DNA from: Mobula hypostoma
Taxonomy: Eukaryota
Direction: 5' to 3'
NCBI RefSeq assembly: GCF_963921235.1
Contig: NC_086097.1
Coordinates: 194,682,001 to 194,746,000 of the forward strand
Length of the DNA: 64,000 nucleotides
This document shows positions 37,870-52,014 of this stretch, in pieces. The notes under the pieces were generated by a model that worked only from the letters and a program-made list of their open reading frames with translations, had not been told where the DNA came from and ran no database searches. Each line of letters opens with the position of its first letter. The first letter of the stretch is position 1. A program made the position numbers and the translations under genes.

Positions 37870-39497
37870 ACAGGAACTTTTATTGCCTTGATCTATACAA
37901 TACAGACTGTGCAAACATTTTAAAGCTTTGTTAGAGCATAACTCCTGCCTGCGGAGTGACTTGGAATACAGGCAATGCAGAGTCCTCCATTCTGGCTCCA
38001 GTTTGCCTTCCACTACAACAGTCAATTGCAGATGCCATTTCATCGACTCTTCATTCAGCCCTGGAACATCTAGACAGTAATGATGCATACATCAGGATGT
38101 TCTCCATTGACTACAGCTCAACATTCAACACTATTATCCCTTTAAAAGAATCAATACACTTAAAGCCATTGGCTTCAATACCTCCTTATACAACTAGATC
38201 TTTGATTTCTCACTTACAGACCCCAGTCAGTCGGATGGGCAACATCTCCTCCACAATCACCATCAGCCCAGGTGCACCACAAGGCTGTGTGCTTAGCTCC
38301 CTGCTCTACTTGTTGTTGTTAGTCCTTTCTGTGCCTTGTGTTACATTGGGTAACAACCTTGCCATTTCTTTAACATTTGTCTGTTTTTTTATGAGGCCAA
38401 GTTGCTAACTTAATGCTCAACCTAGCACAGATCAAAAGCATGGAAGGGGCCAGCAGCTTCGAACTTGGGACCTCCCTCACCTTGACGTCTGCTGTGGATG
38501 CTACTACACAACCGCCTGGCTCCCTGCTCTACTTGCTTTATACTTATTACTGTGAGGCTAGGTACAGCTGCAAAGCCATATCTAAATATGCTGATGACGC
38601 CACTGTCATTGGTTGAATTAACTTTGGTTACAAATTGGCATATAGGAGGGAAATTGAAATACGGGTTGAATGGTATTAGAACAACCACCATTTATTTCAT
38701 TGACTATGGGAGGAGGAAATTGGAGGTCCATGAGCCAGTCTTCATTGGAGGATTAGAGGTGGAGGGGGTCAGCAAATTTAAATTTCTTTGTGTTATCATT
38801 TCAGAAGGTCTATCCTGGAACCAGCTTGTAAAATGCCATTACAAAGAAGTTTGTGCAGATTCAGCACGGCATCTAAAATGATGACAAAATTCTATAGATA
38901 TTCAGTGGATAGCACCCTGACTGGATACATCACAGCAAGAATGTAAAGCTTACAAGAATTAATGGATAAAGCCCAGTCCATCAAAGAAAAAGCTCTTCCA
39001 CCATTGAGCACATTTACAACGAATACTGTGATAGGAAAGCAGCAACCATCATCAAGGACCTGCACCATTCAGGCCATGCTCTCTTCTCGCTGCTGCCATT
39101 GGCCAAGAGGTACAGGACCTTAGGTCCCACACCACCAGGTTCAGGAGCAGTTTTTACCCTTCAACCAGCAGGCTTCTGAACCAGCATGGATAACTTTACT
39201 CTCCTCAACGCTGACCTGATTCCAGAAACTACGAGTTCAGTTTCAAGGATTCCACAACACGTTCTCAGTATCATTTAATTATTGTTTATCCATTATTATT
39301 ATTAGTCTTTTCTACTTACACAGTTTGTCTTCTTTTGCATATTAGTAGTTTGTCAGTGATTGTGTGTAATTTTTATTGATTATTTTGTATTTCTTTGTTC
39401 TACCGTGAATACCTGCAAGAAAATGGATCTCAGGGTGGTATATATTGACATATACATGCTTTAGTAACAAACTTACTTTAAAGTTTGAACTTTGAAT
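37870..39497 (+). mobile_element. Rex1/Babar LINE, decayed
   Basis: YIRMFSIDYSSTFNTIIP, GAPQGCVLS, KYADD; 3' UTR ending tttgaactttgaa. Confidence 0.85.
38313..38518 (-). mobile_element. tRNA-derived SINE with (AAC)n tail and 17-bp TSD
   Basis: A-box-like TTGTGTAGTAG and B-box-like AGTTCGAAGCT on -; perfect TSD GCTCCCTGCTCTACTTG at 38296-38312 and 38519-38535. Confidence 0.85.
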
Positions 39498-40659
39498 TTT
39501 ATTAGAGCCTGCTCCTTGCAAAGTTTCTCCAGCATCTTGTGTGTTTTCCTTAGGATTTTCAGCATCTGCAGAATCTCTTGAGTCCCTGTTATTTCTTTAT
39601 TTGAGCTTGTTAACGTAATTCTGTGATGATTTCCCCTTTGAATATTTATGTAGCCTCCTCTTCAAAATATCTCTGCTATTCACAGATGACTCTCTAAGGC
39701 AGTTACTTCCATATTTAGCTGCTCTTTGGATGAAGATGTTTATTTCTCAATTCCTTATGAATTTTCAGTTGATTTTCAAATATTGATAAACTCTAATTGT
39801 GCTTTACTGCATGAATATCTTATTTTCTTCCACTTCAAAATGCTTTATACATATTAAAACCTGTATTAGACCTCTATTCTTTCTTACTCAAAAGGGAAGA
39901 GACCCAGAGTTTTCTTCTGATACTTACACTTATTAATTCTTGCATGACATAAATCTTCTCACCCTCTCCATTGCCTGTAGAAGAAAGAAGAATATGATAG
40001 CCATGATACATTGCTTAAAAGGGAATAATATGAAGGGAGTTTTTTTCATATTGTCAGACTGTTATTTTTCTCAGACTTTATTTTTCATTTCTGTCCTCCA
40101 TTCTGATAAATAAATAAATAATAATAAATCTCTCATGAGAAGGGACATTAATGAATGTTTTGTCTCAGTTTTTGCTTCCCTCCTCACTAAATCATATATC
40201 TGTGATGCTCACAAGTACCATCTAAAGAATCTCCTGCAGTTCAAGATGAGAAAGTTTATTTTCTCTCCAGGTGAAAGGAAATTTGGAAGAGTGAGAATTA
40301 CACCAAATGTGTGTTTTGTGTGCTTCTTTAACTATGCAAATATAAGTGGCCAGAGCTTGAGAGATGAAAAGTTGCTCTGATGGACAGCTTTAAGTAGTTC
40401 CATGCACAAAGTTTGAATGCAGTGTGCCATCCAGCAAATAGTTCCTCATGGAATACCAACAGCCATCTTCAGTAATATAGTCATTTTATCAAGGTCAAAA
40501 TCAGAAGACTTTCATAAGAACATGACATGATTCCATTCTATTACGTACTTTCAGCATTTCCAGCTTGTACTCCACAATGGTGAAAGGCACTTATTTCTAA
40601 CCACCCTCTGTAGGACACGGGATACTAATTACTGTACTGGTGCTTCTTATGATCCAAAT

Positions 40660-40940
40660 TCTGAATCAGAATCAGTTTTATTATCACTAATTTGTATTGC
40701 ATGATGTTTGTTGCTTTGCAACAGCCATAGAATGTAAAGACAAAAATTTACTATAAATTACAAAATAAATAAAAAGTACAACAAAGAAGGAATAATGAGG
40801 TATTATTCGTGGCTTCATGGACCATTCAGAAATCTGATAGTGGAAGGGAAGAAACTGCTTCTGAATCATTAAGTCTGGGTTCACAGGCTCCTTTACCTCT
40901 TTTCTGATAGTAGTAATGAGAAGAGGGCACGTCCCTCAAA
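40660..40940 (-). mobile_element. Rex1/Babar 3' fragment
   Basis: gaatcagaatcag tail; similar to other Rex 3' ends here and to about 1645-1725. Confidence 0.6.
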
Positions 40941-42309
40941 GTCCTAATGAAGTATAACTGCTGACGTGCTTTGTCTGGGATTGCATCAATGAACAGAAAT
41001 AAGGATCTCTAACCTGAAATATCTAACCTGTTACTCTTTCCATAGACAGTACCTGACCTACTAAGTATTTCAAGTATTTTCAGTTTTCTCTTATATCTGT
41101 GGTTCCTCCTTTATAAGCTGTTAACTGCTGAAAACAATGCCCTTCACTTGAAAGCATCAATCATATAGTATCTACAGACCCTCCTCCCCATCTGTATTCT
41201 CCCAATGAAACAAAAAGCATGTTTTTCAAGTTTTCAGATTTCGTTTTGCTCAGAATTTTCATTGCATATTCTCTGAAATTTCAATATCCCAACAACCGTA
41301 TGGAGCCAAATATTACACTTAACTGAAGTTCTCCTAGGCTTTGTACAGTCTCACCTTTACCTCTTAACTTTGATATCCTGCAATTGTTCACTGTGACAGA
41401 TTTTGAATCCCAAGTGAGCAGTCAGATTCATCCTCTCTCCTCAATATTTTACAGTCTGACATTTATTAGCTTGCTTGCAAGTTATTTTTGCTGTTTCTGG
41501 GGAGAAAGATGTAAAATGGAATAAACACAAGATACACAAGATACTGAAGAAACAAAAGATATAAACACTATTACATGATTTATGTCCAGCAGTCGCTTTG
41601 AAATTTAAATTTGATATATTTAAACTATGTTTAAACATTTATTTACAAAGAAGAGGAATAATTATTCTTGTCTTCAGCCTACATGACAAAACTCAGCTCT
41701 TTGTGAGCCCTGCTTACTTATGGATAATGTGACAAATAGAGCTTATTAAAAGATTTTCAAATGTTTTCATACCATGTTAGAATATTAGACACTAGTGAAA
41801 TCGAAGCAAAGCATCTAGCAATAAATGTCAGCTTTTCAAATGAGTAAAAAATGGAAGAAGTATCTCAACGTATTCATTGCATGTAAGTACAAGCACCACT
41901 GGAGAAAGCTGACACACAACCTGCTGGGCTGGAGGTTTAACATAACCTCCACACCAGCATGTCATCTGTTAGCTGTCTCCATGTGTATTACTTTTATCAT
42001 AATCTGGATGGTTTGTGATTAAAAACACACAGGAGATGGGCATTATGCTATAATATTGCACAGGGGCATGTGAAAGAGTGAAAAGTGATTTGTTATGCCA
42101 TAATAGAGCCAGAGAGCATGGGACCAGGCCATCTGACCTTCCATATGACAATGTGACACCTATTTGTATTAATTCCATTTTCCAGCATTTGGTCTATAGC
42201 TGTCCATGCCTGTGTAATACAATGCCCATCTAGACTATTCTTAAACACTTGTGGTGATTCTGCAGCCAGCTTTCAATAAAATCCCATACAGTAAATTTGA
42301 ATACAAAAT

Positions 42310-42925
42310 GAATGCTCATGAGATTGAGGACTAAGGTACTATTACCTGTTTGGAGAAGGAAGATATTGGCCAAAAGGAAGCAAAAGGTAGGAATAAACAG
42401 GTCTATTTTTATTGGTCAGCAGTGAATTATGAGGATCCACAAGAATCAATTGCTGGGCCTCCGACTATTCCCAATATTTATTAATGATTTGAATGAGGGA
42501 ACTAAGTGTAATAATATTTCCATGTCTAAGGATGGCACACAGCTGGTGGAAGAGTGAGCCTTGAGAAGGATACAGAGAAGCCCCAGGTTGATTAGAGCAG
42601 GTTGAAGTTATGGGCAGATACAGTGAAGAGTGAGGTTATCCACTTTGATGGCAATAACAGGATACTGATTGGAAATGGGAGAGTTTCAACAATACCTGGC
42701 TGTCCCTGTACTGAAAATGCGCATGCAGGTGCAGGAGGTGATTAGAAAGGCGATTTGTATTTTGGCAGCCATTACAAGAGGATTTTAGTACAGGAGCAGG
42801 AATGTCACATTACGATGTTGTATATATGTGACATTAGTGAAGCCACAGCTTAAATATTGGTCTCTTTATCGGAGGAAAGGTATTCCCTAATGTTCAAGCA
42901 TGTAAGAAACACATTGATTCTGGAT
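42310..42925 (+). mobile_element. Highly decayed CR1 RT fragment
   Basis: Residual similarity to 5840-6500. Confidence 0.6.
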
Positions 42926-43403
42926 CAACTAAAGTTGGGCTTAACAGAACCATAGCAAGATACAGGGTCTACCTGAGGATACATTTTAATTGCAATAAGG
43001 ATTGCATGAAGAATTTTAAAAACAAGCAAAAATAAAACTAGGGAAAAATGAAGTTGTACATTTATGACTGGAAGGCTTGAGCACTCTGCAAAAGCTAGAA
43101 CTGCAAGGAAAAACAACAAAGACTGTCAGGAAACAAGCCTGAAAGATGGAACTTCCTGTGTCTGTCTCAACAAAACCACTTTGTGTTGGAATGGAGTGTC
43201 CCTGGGTAAGATAAAAGGCAAACAGGGTGATGAGTTTATTTGCAAGGCAGAAGAAATTATTCTTATTGAGCATTGTTGAAAGCAAAGTTAAACAAAGAAT
43301 TGCAGTCTAAGTCAACAGATTCTGGACCACTCTGAAAGAAAAAAATTGAACACATATAAATAGCTTAAATACAGTGACATTGTTTTGGCAGAAAAGAATT
43401 AAA

Positions 43404-43990
43404 ATGACAGCTCCAGAACAAGTAGGCTGTAAAGGCAGCCTGTGGATGTATAACAAGGTGCATGAATCACTGACATCTTATATTGAGAGGATAAAAATAT
43501 TTTTCTTGGCCAATATTATTCCTGAGCTGGAAGGCAGCATTGAAATTACACATGCATTGAATGCTGCAAAAAGGGAATGTAAGAAAACAATATTACTCAC
43601 AGAAATCAGCTCTGCAATAAAACATTCTCACTAACATAATAACTCTGTAGCACGCTACAGATGTCTAGCTTACAGACAAAGTTCAAGGATTGGAAGAATA
43701 CGTCAAACCACAGGCACCTGAGACTGAAGAAAGCCATTAGTTTAAGACAGACAATCACAAGCTTGGAGACACCACAGTTGATTACATACACTGGCATCTC
43801 GAATGGCTTGTGTGTTGAAGACCTTGCCAGCTATTGTAACTTTAGAGTGCTTTTAGATAGTGTACTCAGTGACAGATTTATTTATGGTCCAAGAGACAAA
43901 TGGATCCCGTGATGCTGTTAAGTGCAAAGCTTTGTGCTTGAACTGGCATTTGTGTTTACAGCCTCCAGGAAAATAACAGCCAAAACTGCT
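43404..43990 (+). pseudogene. Old Gypsy gag relic
   Basis: GSLWMYNKVHESLTSYIERIKIFFLANII and DLASYCNF..LSDRFIYG resemble Gypsy gag motifs. Confidence 0.65.
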
Positions 43991-44708
43991 GGGGAAATCC
44001 ACCCTGCGCCAGCCAAAATGGAACAAAATGGTAACGATAGCCTATAGTCAAAGTATAACTCCTAAACTTTGTTGGGGAACAGGAGCAGCATCATCGAATG
44101 TTCATAACACAGAGGAAGATCAGTTGGCTCACTAAGTCAATTGACCTCCTACATCAGGCAGAAGGTACCACAGTATAAGAACAAGGACAGTTGAGCTGGG
44201 TGACAGCTTAACAGCTACCACACAATACACATTATTTATGACAGCACTAGTAGCATTATACTGTTGTATATTTAACTATATGTCATATATGCACTTCGTG
44301 TCAACTTGCACATCTACGGATTTTTTAATTAACTGTTAATGTTATTTTAAGTGTGTATGTGATATATTTACTGTATTTTGCACCATGGTCCTCGAGGAAC
44401 ATTGTTTTGTTTAGCTGCATACACAGGTACAGTTAAACTTGAACTTGATGTCCATGTTATCTACTTGTGCAGCTTTTTAGTTCCACTCCTGGCCCCTTTC
44501 CTGTAGCTTCATGTCACTGTTAATTTTCTTCCCCTTTATTTTATTCTTTTACCTCTAGTCCTCAACCCATCCACCAACAGAAACAGTATCTTTTATTATC
44601 CACCTTGGTAAGATTCATTATTTCATATCCTTCTATCAGATCTGCCACCTGACTTCTCAAAAGAAAACAGTCTCATCTCCTCTAATATATCTCTATATCT
44701 CTGTGACT

Positions 44709-45020
44709 GTAAACAAGAGAAAAACTGAAGATGCTGGATTTTCCATTGTTGTGATGAGGCCACACTTAGGTTGGAGGAACAACACTTTATATTCCGTTTG
44801 GGTAGCCTCCAACCTGATGGCATGAACATCGATTTCTCAAATTTCTGGTAATGCATCCACCACTTCCCCGCTCCTTCACCATTTCCCATCCCGTTTTCCC
44901 TCTCTCACCTTATTTCCTTGCCCGCACATCATCTCTCCCTCCCTTTTTCTTTCTTCCATTGCCTTCTATCTCTTTCAGCAATCAACTTCCCAGCTCTTTA
45001 CTTCATCCTTCCCCCTTTAT
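44709..45020 (+). mobile_element. PLE fragment: short inverted terminus, GIY-YIG C-terminus and 3' UTR
   Basis: DEATLRLEEQHFIFRLGSLQPDGMNIDFSNF at about 44753-44848; inverted end aaacaagagaaaaactgaagatgctgga at about 44710-44740. Confidence 0.8.
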
Positions 45021-45457
45021 CCCAGGAAACATACTCATAGATTGTGTCTGGATCCTTCCTAATGTCTTCACATCTTTCCTATAACGATTTGACCAAAAAT
45101 GAACACGATACTTTAAGGTTCAATATTATCTTTTCTGCTTTATAGTCCACACTTCTATTAATAAAGCCCCCAAAAGTTTGGATAACTTTACTAATACTTC
45201 CATTTTATATCTCAACTAATTCTTCCTTCTCTTTCCCAGAAGTGCAAAGATTTATTTAGGAGGTCAACACTTACTCTCACCTCTTTGAAATTGGGTTCCT
45301 CTAGTCAGTTATCTTTTACTTTGGATTACTACTTCTAGGTTATTTATAACTAACCTGAAACTTGTGATGATAAAATTACTACCTCCTAAATGTTTCATTG
45401 TTGAAACCTCATGCACTTGATCCACCTCATTCTCTTTTTATACTAACCTGTCTTGTT

Positions 45458-45513
45458 CCATGGACCAATACCATTAAGCAAGGGGTCCATGGATCCCAGG
45501 TTGAGAACCCCTG
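45458..45513 (+). mobile_element. hAT (Charlie-like) MITE, partial
   Basis: Matches the 3' part of 52572-52654, ends GGTTGAGAACCCCTG. Confidence 0.65.
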
Positions 45514-45827
45514 CTCTACAACCTGATCCAGCAATGCCTTGTTTTCTTGTTGGACCAGAACCACGCTGTTTTACAAAATTATTGCAGATGTGCAATATTA
45601 AAAACAAGCTCTTCACTCTCTCTGCTCAAAAGTCATTGTTTACAATGGGATAATTATGTGAATGAAAAAGGTGCAAATCATTGTTATAGACATTTTGTTT
45701 TCATTCCTTCAGAAGATTTCACGCGCTTTCAAGACAAGAGCAAGGATACATGACAGTACCTTGTAAACAAAAACAAATACAACTTCAGCTCAGAGAGAAC
45801 TAATTTTTACTAAACAGTCACAAATAA

Positions 45828-46006
45828 GGAAACAGCAGAGCATTACGTGCAGTTAACAAAAAATTACGGCGTATTGCACTTGAGCTACAAGCAATGAGAC
45901 ATCAGAACATTAAAGTTACACTTCTGATTGATGAAAAACCAATAGAAATGCGAATAAATGTGGTGACAAACTGTTTCATTACCAGGAAGGATAAATTTTA
46001 TAATTA
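45828..46006 (+). pseudogene. Gypsy protease relic (possibly the same element as the gag at 43404)
   Basis: IKVTLLIDEKPIEMRINVVTNCFI resembles the V-x-L-x-I-x-G-x-x-I-x-M-x-I-D-T-G-A pattern with a decayed DTG. Confidence 0.45.
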
Positions 46007-49000
46007 ATTTAGTTATCTGAACATTTTATCAGAGAAGCTTTGGAAGTCTATGGACAGGTATGATATGTGATACTCATGATGGCCAATACCTTGAGTTGTA
46101 GTGGATTGTGCCATGTGACAAGTGATAATAAACAAAGCTTTCTTCCTTTGCGATTCATATTTTTGTGGTGTGGTGTCAAAGCGGAGTGAGCATTAGTTAC
46201 TCATCACTAACTGCCTTTGAGAAAGTAGTGGCCAGCTGATGTAGTTTTCTGCTGAAGGTAATCCCATAGCGCTACTGATCAGGAGGGTCATGTTTTACAA
46301 TCATTTCCCACTTTTTCTCCAAAATATTTTGATTCAGTGTTCACTAGTGAGAAGGAGCTGCTGAAAATAAGGACATCATAAAACAGATTATATGATGGAT
46401 TATGCCAATGTTAAGAAAGGGAATGTGCAGGGACTTTTGAAAAATATTGGGATGGAAATATAATGCAAATACAGTTCATTCATGATGGAAAGAATGAATG
46501 TTCAGGGTGATGGGCAGAATGCCATTCAAATAGGCTGTTTTATCGTGAAAGGTACTGAGCTTCTAGAGATATACTCATGTGGGCAGGTGGAGGGTATTCC
46601 ATCACACAGCTGACGAAATTCCCAATAAATAGTTAATTAGCTTAACTTTGTTCCCCACAACTTCACACTTGATCACTGGGTTTACTCTTGCAGAGCTAAT
46701 CATACCTATCTTTCTCACACATGATGGAACTTCTTAAAGGTTAACAGAGGATGGAGTGAAGAGGTAGAGGAAAAGAAATACAATTGATAGTGAATGAGAG
46801 ATTAAAGTCATCAAACCAATGAGCAAGTACAAGATTCTGTGTAATGGTGCTGAGCTTGGTGAAATGCTTCAATCTGGCAGCATGAAACAAATCTTTCACT
46901 ATTATGAGTCAGAGTACTGGGCAGTCAAAACAAGAGATTACAAGTTCCTCAGTTCCAGGAAGAAGTACAGAATCAGAGAGAAATATCCACTTGAGAAGGT
47001 GAAATTTAATAATGAACTGACTGTGCATAACTGAAAATTCTTTGCACTGTCCTTCTAAAAAGGGAAAGAAGGATGATGTGCTTGTATATAGTTACATGAA
47101 AAAGTGATGTGCGAAGAGGATGTACACACAGTAAATTCTTTGGTGTTGGAGTTGGGTTAAAACCCTTCTTTAAAATTCCTGTATTCTGCTGGCATAACAT
47201 TAAGAATCCCAGTAATACCAAAAATCCACTTTAGGAGATATTACACTCATCCACAATACCATTTTATGTTATTTGATTTGCCTAATATCTATGAAAATTA
47301 AAGCCATCTCAGATTATTACATTACCTTTCCTACAAACCCTCTATTGCTTGATTGATACATTATTATAGCTGTGAATTGTGTCCACTAGTGTTATTTCTC
47401 TTCTTTAGGAGACGCCTTCTCAACAGCTGGCACCTCTAGCATTACATTACTGAGAAAAGCAGCGCCACATATGTTATTTGTACATCACTATGGAATGGGT
47501 GCAGATGGACGAAATAGCAAGATAAACTGTGTTAGATGAAGAGGGAGGCCTTTATCTTTCTCATTAGGTGAGGTGGAAATGTCCTCATCTCTGTTCTCTA
47601 GGTTTAACAGCAGGGTACTTCCTAAACAGCCAGCATAATACAAAGGTTGACTCTTCTGTGCAATGGTCTCCTACCGACAGACTTACCCCAAAGCAAAAAT
47701 GCATAATGTGATCATTACCTCTTGCATAATTTGCAGGAGCATCCCTGCCTTGGAGCATGTCTATAGTTTATCCAGAACAATCCTTTTCATCTCTGCTATG
47801 AAAATTAATGTCTTCATAATTTTGCTCCACCATCACGTCTGGAGAATCCATGCAGGGTTGATAATTATGTCAGTCTGGACAAAGAAAATGATTCCATTCT
47901 TCTGACATGGCTATTTACTAGGATGATTAAACAAACGCTGGACAGCAGGTCAGGCAACATCAGTGGGAGAGAAACAGGGCTAATGTTCTAAACCAAGGAC
48001 CCTTTATCAGAACCAGAAAAGTGAGCAAACAAACACACTCAGTCACTCAGAGAAACAGAAGTAAGAACAGAGGGAACATTGCTGATAGAATGCAGATGAA
48101 ATTTATCAAAATAACAATTACATCATAAACTACGCATTGGAGACAAACAAAACTAAAATAAAATTGAGGAAGCAGATTAGGGACAACTGTTAACACTGAA
48201 ATGTATAGAATTTCTTTTTGCAGAGTGTGGTGAATCTCTGGAAATGTCTTCCCTGGTGGGCTATGAAGGTTAGATCAGTTGTGGTATTTAATGAGAAAGT
48301 AGATACATCTTTGATAAACATGTGAATATGAGGGTTATGAGGATGGGCAATAGAAGAAAAGTGGATGCCTGATGTTGATCAGTCACCATCATATTGCACA
48401 TTCATACTTGACCTAAAGAGCCTACTCCTGCTCTTTTTTTTCTTGGGTTTTTAATCTCTTCTGTACAGTTACATTTGTGAAACTGAAATTGTTAAATCCA
48501 GCATTAATTCCTAAGGGCTTCAACAGACAGTAGAGAGGTGTTACTCTTTGACATTATGCTGTGCAATGCTGTAGCAACATAGGATGCTAAAGGCAGAGTG
48601 AGAGTGGAGTGGTGAAGTAAAGTGACACATAACTGAAAGGTCTTCATTCACTCCCACGTTGACACCAAGATGTTCTTGTATTTCTCCACTGTGCAAGGGG
48701 TGGTTCACTGCATTGATGGAAGTTGCAGAATGAAAAATGTGCTGGATCACAATGTTAAAGATTATGGTAGGATACAATGAATACAATTTGGCCAAGATTA
48801 GTGACCCATGTCACCTCCTGGATATCCACTTCTGATTACTAAATCTATTTGACGTCAATCTCATTTGGCATGGTGATAGCAATGGGAAACCAAGTCGAGC
48901 AGCTCAGCTGTGTGAATATGGGATTTGTATGAATAGAGTTGCACTCTTATCAACACTGTTGTGATTGATGATTGAAAAGTGAATCTTCTCACAGTACCAA

Positions 49001-49309
49001 TTTCCTCTCTATCTTTGACACATTCCTTCTTGAAGATGTGCCCATGGGAGCTTGGCCATGCAATCAAAAGAGACGCTGATAGTCACTGAAATCCCTCATC
49101 TGTCCCTATCCCAGTACTGAACCCCAGGCACGTTTTTTGATTGGTTCTTCCAAAAGAGTGCTGATTTATTGTTTAAGATAGGCAGGACATGGTAATCATC
49201 TTCAAGCTTCATTGTCCATGTTTGAACAATGTTAATACAGTTAATACAGCATTCCTCTCTCCTTTTTGAACCTTACCCCCTCTAAATGCACTGCACAAAT
49301 CCCAGACTC

Positions 49310-51297
49310 GCCATCAAACCTGCCAAGGGGGTGCTGTTTTAGTGTGGCTGACTAATCTCCACCTTGCTGAGGCCAGGCAGAAACTCTCATACACCCTCTC
49401 TTACTTGCCCTTTGAAAAGGACCCCACACAGGACATTCAGGCCATTGTTTCCTGCACCATCACCTACCTCATCAAATCTGGAGATCTCCCCTCCACTGCC
49501 ACCAATCTCATAGTTCCCTTATCCCGCACTGCTCATTTTTACCTCCTACAAAAGATCCACAAACTTAACTGTTTGGATATGCCCACAGTTTCTGCCTGCT
49601 CCTTCCCTATTGAACTCGTGTCCATATACTTTGACTCCATTGTATTCCCCTTGGTTCAGCCCCTTCCCTCCTACATCTGCAGCACTTCACATGCTCTCGA
49701 TCTTCTCAACAACTTTGCCTTGATTGCCTCACTTTCACCATGGATGACCAGTTCCTGTAAACCTCTACTACCCAAAGGCCTTAAAGCTCTCCTCTTTTTT
49801 TCAACAACAGATCGGACCAGTTACCCTCCACAACCACCTTCCTCTGTCTGGCAGAACCTCAACAATTTTGCTTTCAGCTCCTCCCTCTTTCTCCAAACTC
49901 AAGGTGAAGCCATGAGCACCTGCTTGGGCCCCAGCCATGCCACCTTTTGTTGGCTACATGAAGCAGACCATGTTCTGAGCCTTCACTTGAGGTGTGCCCC
50001 ATATCCTTCAGCGCTACATTGATGACTGCATTGGTGCTGCTTTATGCACCTACGCTTAACTCATCAATTTCTTCAACTTTGCCTCCAAATTCCACACTGC
50101 CCTTAAATCTATTTCTGACACCTCTCTCTTCTTTTCCAATCTCTCTTTCTCCATCTCTGGAGACAAACTGTTAACGGACATCTTTTATAAACCTACTGAT
50201 TCCCACAGCTATATCTTGACTATACTTCTTCCAACCTGTCTCCTGTAACAATGCCATTCCCCTTTCCCAGTTTCTTCATCTCCACCATATATGTTCCCAG
50301 GATGAGGGTTTCCTTTCTAGAACATCCTCCTTCCTCTACCCTTCTGTTCCATCTCCCGAACATTCATGCTCACCGCATGTTCCTGCTGCCTTAACAGGGA
50401 TAGAGTTCTTCTTGTCTTCACCTACCAACCCATGATCCTCCATATCCAACACCTCATTCTTTGCAACTTCCACCATCTTCAAGGGCATTCTACCACCAAA
50501 CACATTTTTACCCCCCTCCCCCCCATACTCTCGACTTTATGTAGATATTGTTCCTTCTATTATTCTCTTGTCCATTCATCTCTCCCCACTTCCTACTAAC
50601 CTCCCTCTTGGCTCTTACCCCTGCAAGCAGCACTGCCCATTCACCTCCTACCTTGCCTCGCTGAGGGCCACAAACAGTCCTTCCAGGTGAAGTAACACTT
50701 CACCAGTGATTCTGTTGGGGTCATCTATTGTATCCGGTGTTCCTGATGCCCCCTCCTCTATATCGTTGAGACACACTGTAAATTAAGGGTCCACTTCGTC
50801 AAGTACCTCTGTTCTATCTGTAAAAATCAGGATTTCCCAGTTACCTACCATTTTAATTCCAATTCCCATTCCAATGACATGAACATTGATTTCTCCAAAT
50901 TCCAGCAATTTTTTTTCACCTTCCCCTCCCTCTTCTTCAATTCTCCACTCTGGCTTCTCAGCTGTTCTTCTACTTGCCTTTCACTGTCCCGTGGTGCCCC
51001 TTGTTGCTTCACTTTCTCCTTTGTTCCTCTCTCCTCTCCTATCAGATTCTTTCTTTTCTAGCCCGTTACCTTTTCCACCAATCACCTCCCAGCTTATTAC
51101 CTTTCACCTTCTAGCACGTCCTCCTTCCCCTCACCACCTTCTTATTCTGGCATCTTCCCCCCTTCCTTTCCATTCCTAATGAATGGTCTCAGACCAAAAC
51201 ATCAACTGATTATTCATTTCCATAGATGCTGCCTGACCTGCTGATTTCCTCCAGCATTTTGTCAGTGTTGCTCTGGATTTCCAGCACTTCTTGTGTT
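49310..51297 (+). mobile_element. Older PLE subfamily, heavily decayed
   Basis: RTAHFYLLQKIHK, NNFAFSS..FLQTQGEAMSTCLGPS, RYIDD, GIY-YIG remnants; decayed terminal repeat 51170-51297. Confidence 0.85.
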
Positions 51298-52014
51298 AAT
51301 GTAGCATTGCTATCTCCTCTTTGGTGTGGAGTCTTCTTGTCTGTTTAAAATGATCTGCTATTGATATCTTACCTAGAAAGGTATCAGCACAATTTTATAA
51401 AACCTTCTGGAAATATCAAACCCTTTCTATGATCCAAAAGCAAATTCTGAAAACAAGCCCCTTCATCTCCATTTTCTGCTCCTGATGACCAAATAACTCC
51501 GATAGCCTTACTTGCATAGGTCAACTAACTAATTTTAAATGTTAGAATAATAAATTTGAATAAATTCAATTAACATTCAATTCCATGATTTAATTTAGAG
51601 TCAGTGGATTCCAATTTTGTATACTAGTCACTTGGAATTAACTGAATGTGGTGAATGTCAAGTTCCAGTTCAAATTTTCTTTCTGCCAACAAATTTGAAT
51701 ATTTATGTACCAGGTAGTATCATGATTTTGTTAATGTCCAGAGACCTAGAATAATGATGCAAAGACATGATTTTAAATCTCACCACAGCATCTGATGAAT
51801 GTAAATCTAGTTAATTAAGGAAAGATGGAAAATATGTGTAGCATAATGAAACTACCGGATTATCATTAAAAACAAATCTTTTTTCATCAATTTTCATTAA
51901 ATTAAGAAACTTCTATCCTATATTTCATTTCTGAACCTTAGTAAACAGCAAATGAATAAACATCTCTGAAATGGCAGGTAGTATTAAAGGCATTATAAAA
52001 ATCTATAGTCAGCT

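Noticed and set aside
45828..46006. Host coding exon
   Set aside because: No convincing splice acceptor; better explained as a Gypsy protease relic
51602..51615. CAGTGGATTCC as the partner TIR of the Tigger end at 22430
   Set aside because: Short match, no preceding TA, wrong geometry and 29 kb away
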